Origin: Rhina ancylostomus
Taxonomy: Eukaryota
Assembly (NCBI GenBank): GCA_030265395.1
Contig: JARFYF010000094.1
Location: 97,764,033-97,826,015 of the forward strand
Direction: 5' to 3'
Length of the DNA: 61,983 bases
Positions within the stretch are counted from its first letter, which is position 1; every line of letters begins with the position of its first letter. Position numbers and translations under genes: made by a program. The notes beneath the pieces were generated by a model. The model did no database searches. It worked only from the letters and a program-made list of their open reading frames with translations, and was not told the origin of the DNA. Below, piece by piece: positions 56,473 to 61,983 of this stretch.

Positions 56473-59400
56473 CTGGGGAGGGGGAGAGAACGTGGGGTAT
56501 GGAGAGGGGGTGGAGTGGGGGGGACAGATCATTTAGTAGACTTCACGGTCCCCCCGCCGCCAAGGGGGGGCGGTGAGGGGTGAAGAGAACATGGAAAAAT
56601 CTTTTTGGCTGAAGGGCGTGGGATTTTTTTTTGCTAGTTTCTTGCAACATCCTAATTTTATTAGGGAAATCTGCAACCGTTTTCGCCTATTTTCTGCTGC
56701 TCTAAGCCACGTTAGTTTAAATAACAAAAGTGGAGATCTTTAAAAGTTGATCTGAGCTGGAGTATTTTTTAAACATAAAATGCAAATATTTGGCGTTAAC
56801 TCCTTTCTGTGTTTTAAGCACTCACAACTATGTGTGTCGCGGGAGCGTCAACCAGAGATAGACTGGAGAACATTTAACGGTTCTGGTGTATATAAAGTAT
56901 TTTCAACTATGAAATTAAATTATATGCGCTGATTATTAATGTGGATCCACTCTTGTTTTGGAGGGATTTAATAGGGTAAAGAAGGCCGGGACAGTGTGTT
57001 GTAGCAGGATTTAAACATTTATGAGGTGTTACACTGGTGTTCGTTTCACGAACAAATATACAGTTCGAAGTGTAGGAAAGTTTATCCCTTCCCTGAGCCA
57101 GTCAAATACCAGTATCTGCTTAGCAACATCAAACACCGTGTCCCGCACACCGCTTTATTTAGCCACAGCAGATCCTGTGGCTTATGCAAGAATTTAGTTT
57201 TTGCGGCAAGAAAGAAAGTTCGGCACTACACTGAAAGTGAGGTTATGGCCCTGTTATACTCCGGCCGGAAATTAGTTAGTGATTTTTTATCTTTCCTGAC
57301 ACTAGCAGACTTCCAGGCGTGTTATGTTTTTTTGACAAAATCAGACGGCTGGTGTTCTTAGCGGCACAGACGATCAAAGAGATCCTCAGTCAGAGGCATC
57401 TGTTAACTTTTTTTTCCCGAGACTGAGTATGAAACTTTCTCAGCATGTAATAACTTATTGAGTTCTCTAGCCCGCAGTCCCGGCTTGGTAATTCAGTAAA
57501 CTAGAGTCCAGGGAAGTTTGGGTTTTCGTGGAGGATGTTGGATCGGACTTGAAGGTGGGGATGGGGGAGGGGAGAGGTTTGTGGAGAATACTTTTATTTT
57601 CTTAGGCTTTGTATTTTTTTACCTCGGTACTGTTTTTCTACAGATTGTCAAGCGATTTGAATTACCGCCTACATCACATGGATGCAAACGTGTTTCATGT
57701 TAAAACAAAACGTGTTTCCAATTCCAAAACACAGCTTGTGAAGGCGATCCCAGACCGTGCTTCGAGAATCTATACACACTGCGTAATCTGCAAATAGGAT
57801 ACTCGCGTCGCTTACGGTGGAAAAGAAAGTAAACTGTAGTGTGTTACGGGAGGCACGGAGAAAAATAACGTGATGATAAATTGCTGTTTGCTTGTATCTT
57901 TCTACGGGCACACATGAATGGGAGGATTTTATACAGAACCTCGCTCTTTATAACAGCCTTACGATTTCATATTTTTCTTCTAATACCCGAACGTAATGCT
58001 GGTCACAATCCCTCCCCCAACATACAGTCTTATGTCTGCTGTAACTTGCTCTCACTACAGATCGTCCGTTTAAGTCGCTCTGAGTACATACGTCTGCCAT
58101 CTACGTAAAAAGTAGTTTAGACTTTTTTTTCAGCGAGGTGTAGGGTGGCAAAATGGGCTACTAACTCAAACATGTACGTTGTGGCTCCTCAGATTATTCA
58201 CCAAGGGTACTAAAGGGGAACGGAAACCTAGTGCTGCGATATCCGTGGATTTAGGCCGTCGTCCTAAGCTGATTTGCGGCAGGGCTTGAAGCCTGCAGTC
58301 TAGCACACAGCAGACCTACAGTGCAAGAGAGAAAAAAAAGGTAGGTTTTTTTTTCCAAAGGGAGGTGGGAGTTATAACGTGGAAAGAAATTTATGGGGGC
58401 GGGGGTGCTGGAGGAGAGAAACAGAAATACCAGATTTAAACTGGGAGAGAAATAAGGAGAAAGGCGTGAGCAATGTTATACGTGCGAGGAATGTATCCAT
58501 AGAAACAAGAAAGAAAAATGGTTAAAAAGTAGGATCAGATGAGAACACGTGGGGGAGGGATATGGGCATGGCGGTGGGGGGAAAGATCACACAGTTGTTC
58601 AAACATTTCTCTTCAGTCATAGCAAGTATGTTGAAGATAAACAAAGGTTCGCCCAATTTGTAAACACTAACCTTCAGAACGTAAGACAGGCCAGTGAGAT
58701 AATGCAGAAAAAATGTCATCAACGCATATTCACCGTCCAATATTAATTTCATGTGTGAATCTTAAAGGCTTTGGGATATCCAATGTAATAATGCTTGCAC
58801 TACGGTGTGTGTTTCCCCTTTAAAACAGCAAATATTTTTAAAAGTTGGCATTTTTATTTCTGTTTATTCTCATATTATTTGCATCCACCAACCATCACGC
58901 GGAATGACAAACCGGGCTGATAACCGATAGATTTTTGCGTGTTTTTTTAAATCACCCAAAGCTCTAACATGCAGCAGAGAAGGGTGTAGTGTAGATTTGT
59001 GAATGCTGACACGTTTATACTTCAGCCTCCAGGGCTTCACACTGCAGGCTTAAAATAAAATTTGTACATGTGCTTCTGCATTACCTGATCAAGCCTCCAC
59101 CTTGGTGTCGGTTTGTCTGCTGTCTTNNNNNNNNNNNNNNNNNNNNNNNNNNNNNNNNNNNNNNNNNNNNNNNNNNNNNNNNNNNNNNNNNNNNNNNNNN
59201 NNNNNNNNNNNNNNNNNNNNNNNNNNNNNNNNNNNNNNNNNNNNNNNNNNNNNNNNNNNNNNNNNNNNNNNNNNNNNNNNNNNNNNNNNNNNNNNNNNNN
59301 NNNNNNNNNNNNNNNNNNNNNNNNNNNNNNNNNNNNNNNNNNNNNNNNNNNNNNNNNNNNNNNNNNNNNNNNNNNNNNNNNNNNNNNNNNNNNNNNTACG

Positions 59401-61983
59401 ATAGACACCTAAGGAAAAAAATACTCAGTATGGCATATACATTGCGTTCATGTTGCTGATTCTTCATTGTAAATGTTTCTGGATTAAGTGTTTTGTGTTA
59501 TAGGTTAAGTATAGAATGTGTACGGTACGATAATACGTGCACTCATGAGATTGAGGTGATTCACCAATTCACTTTTTCATATTGTGTGACTGATCCTTTC
59601 ACATAATCACTTGTTTTACTTGGAAAGATTACAAACGTTGGCAAATTATAGAACATTTTTTTGCTGGAAGAAAAATACAAATTTTGTCCCAAATAGTCTA
59701 GAAATTAGCATGTTACTCTTATTTTCATCTGTGGGGTGTTTTTTACTATGTGATTAAAATATCACAGAAGAACACGAGGTAGGTTTTATATCCCTCTTAT
59801 GGCGGGTAGTTCACAACTTCCTGTACCCCATTATAAACAGGAAATTATTACAGAATTCCAGGTTTGTAAGACTCCAGGATCAACACGAAAGAAGTCCAAC
59901 TGAGATGCCAAGGAACTTTGATTATACCTTAGTGTAGTATGAAACACAGCGAAAAAAAAACTACAATGAATGCAATAAATAGGCATGGTACTCAACTATA
60001 GTTAAAAACACAATTGATCAGTGTAAGTTCCAAATTATTTCTTCGCAAAATATTTTTTCGAGGAAAACGTTGGAAGAGAACTGATTACGGAAACCCCACA
60101 TTTTTATATATAAAAGCTCAATTTTGCCGTTATTTTGATGCAACGTTGTCATTAATCGTTTTTGATCACAAATTCGATCTGAAAAGGAGCTAGAAATCTC
60201 GTTATTTAGCTTCCCAAGATTCCATGCGTTATACTCGTTTTTTTTCAACCCACTCACTGAACGTTTACCGTAATGAACAAGGAAATACTTCATTTTTACT
60301 ACAGTTTAATTTGGCTGGTTGCAAGTATGTGAGTTTGTCCGTGTTTGCAGTTTAAATCATAAGGTCTAATCTAAGCATATCCTGACTCATGCTGCCAACA
60401 ACACAATGAACCAATTGCATTTCTGGGAAAGGGCAATATTTCCCCATTAAATCACCCCCCCAAAAAAAAAACTTAAAGTGGAGGAACAGGAAACCGATAA
60501 CGGCATTTTTGAGAAGCAAAATAATATGGACTAGTTTTATCTAATTGCTAAGATTGACTCCGCATACTCAAGCTGTGAGTGATTTACGTTGATAATATAC
60601 GGTGCTGGAATTTAGTGTCATTCTATCTTGTCAAGATACAATTGCAATTATTTAATTAAATAAGTTTGGTTAAGAAAAAAGTCGTATAGCATGTTTTATG
60701 TGCAAAATATACAAGCTGCTTATATTAAATAAAAGAAGAATATCCCAGATTAAAGAAAGTAGTAACTATAACATACTGAATGATAGATACATCGCGGTTA
60801 ATTAGCAACATCACTGTGGTGCACTTTAAGGTACCGAAAGCAGAGTTACGTTTTACCTTTGTTGCATTTTAAAATGAGATGTTTATTCTGTATTTGGCCT
60901 ATATAGGATGCCACATACAAGCCCCTCCCCCTCGTAACTGACGATATTAATTTCATGTACCAATAACTGTTAGACTTTTGTCTGGCTAATTATATTTTTG
61001 AAAGTAATCTTCAAGCAGCACCAATTGATTGCATTGTTTGATTTTGCCTGAGCAATATGTCAGTATCTACATCATATCTGTTTTTCACGCATGTAATTCT
61101 GCAGAAGTCAGATTTAAAATGTTAACATTAATGTATTATACATTTCTTATAATGATCGAAGCAATAAAAGGCTAGTAGACCAGAATCGAGGCAGTATAGT
61201 CGTTTTCTACAGCTATGAATTTGTAGACGGATGAGAGTATTTGTTTTAAAGGAAGCATTAGTTTCTCCCATCAAAGGAAGCTGGGATGTGACAACAAGTT
61301 ATCACCATGGCAGAGAAAAATGGGAGCTCTGTATACAGTTCTAATTAGAGTTAAGATCACTAGATGCACCTTTAATATAGCCACAATATAAATACACTGC
61401 ATATAAAAACCTAAATTATATACGATATTGAGTGAATTCAACACACTTTTCATAGTCGGAAACAGATACACGTGATTAGTTCATTTACCTGCTGCGTTAA
61501 CCGCGGAGATAGCCATCGTAGTCTATACCTCACAACTAGTGCATGACTGGAGCTGACTATATAGCTAAGGAAAGATAGACACAAGAGAACTTGTACCATT
61601 ATGCATATGATTGTATCTTCGTAGAATAATTATAGTAACCAAGAGCTGTATTTATATTTCCCACGTCTAAATTCGACATTTAACCCATCTCAGCATTAAC
61701 TTTGCGAATTATATTCCACAATCAAATCATATTCCACAATAGTACCAAATTTAGAGCGACGATACTTTGAATTCTGCAAATTTGAAGCATGCCTTTTGAT
61801 GCTGCCATAAAAAAAATGTCCTTATGCCTTTAACTGAGACTATGTCCACGAGTGGTGCGTTGTATTCTTCTTTTGGAAACTAGGAACAATTATGAATGAA
61901 ATACCTAAACTTTTCAGTTGTTGCCGAATGACTGCTCACTATTCAATAAAAAGTCTTGCTGACACTAACCCCACAAAGTTTTC

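Noticed and set aside
56009-56576. Long plus-strand ORFs (175 aa, 142 aa) and antisense ORFs over zic4 exon 1
   Set aside because: Shadows of GC-rich coding sequence and N gaps.
56600-61983. zic1 coding sequence expected head-to-head
   Set aside because: No MLLDAG-type start or zinc-finger ORF on the plus strand; it presumably lies beyond the window.

Overview
Vertebrate nuclear DNA from a gapped short-read assembly. The repeat families (HE1/V-SINE, Deu-SINE, CR1 and Rex1/Babar-type LINE remnants) point to an elasmobranch (shark or ray). The only complete protein-coding gene is zic4 on the minus strand: two coding exons, 55856-54713 and 51478-51042, about 526 aa, with five C2H2 fingers of which part of ZF2-ZF3 falls in an N gap. 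Its usual head-to-head partner zic1 is not in the window and is expected beyond 61983. The window has two compartments. About 1-16.3 kb is CpG-depleted and full of decayed retroelements. From about 16.3 kb to the end it is still AT-rich but CpG-retaining, nearly free of recognisable transposons, and contains many enhancer-like blocks, consistent with a large hypomethylated developmental regulatory domain. The main oddities are: (1) a complete, splice-site-flanked MTO1 (GidA/MnmG) exon in the zic4 promoter region, either a misjoin or a captured exon; (2) a compact unannotated minus-strand exon/intron/poly(A) unit at about 20.85-21.4 kb next to a promoter-like motif cluster; (3) a ZOC-like motif and long His-rich N-terminus retained in this Zic4; (4) an internal splice donor inside the EWYV codons. 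I found no convincing wholly novel multi-gene system. All regulatory calls are motif-based inference, since no alignments could be run.
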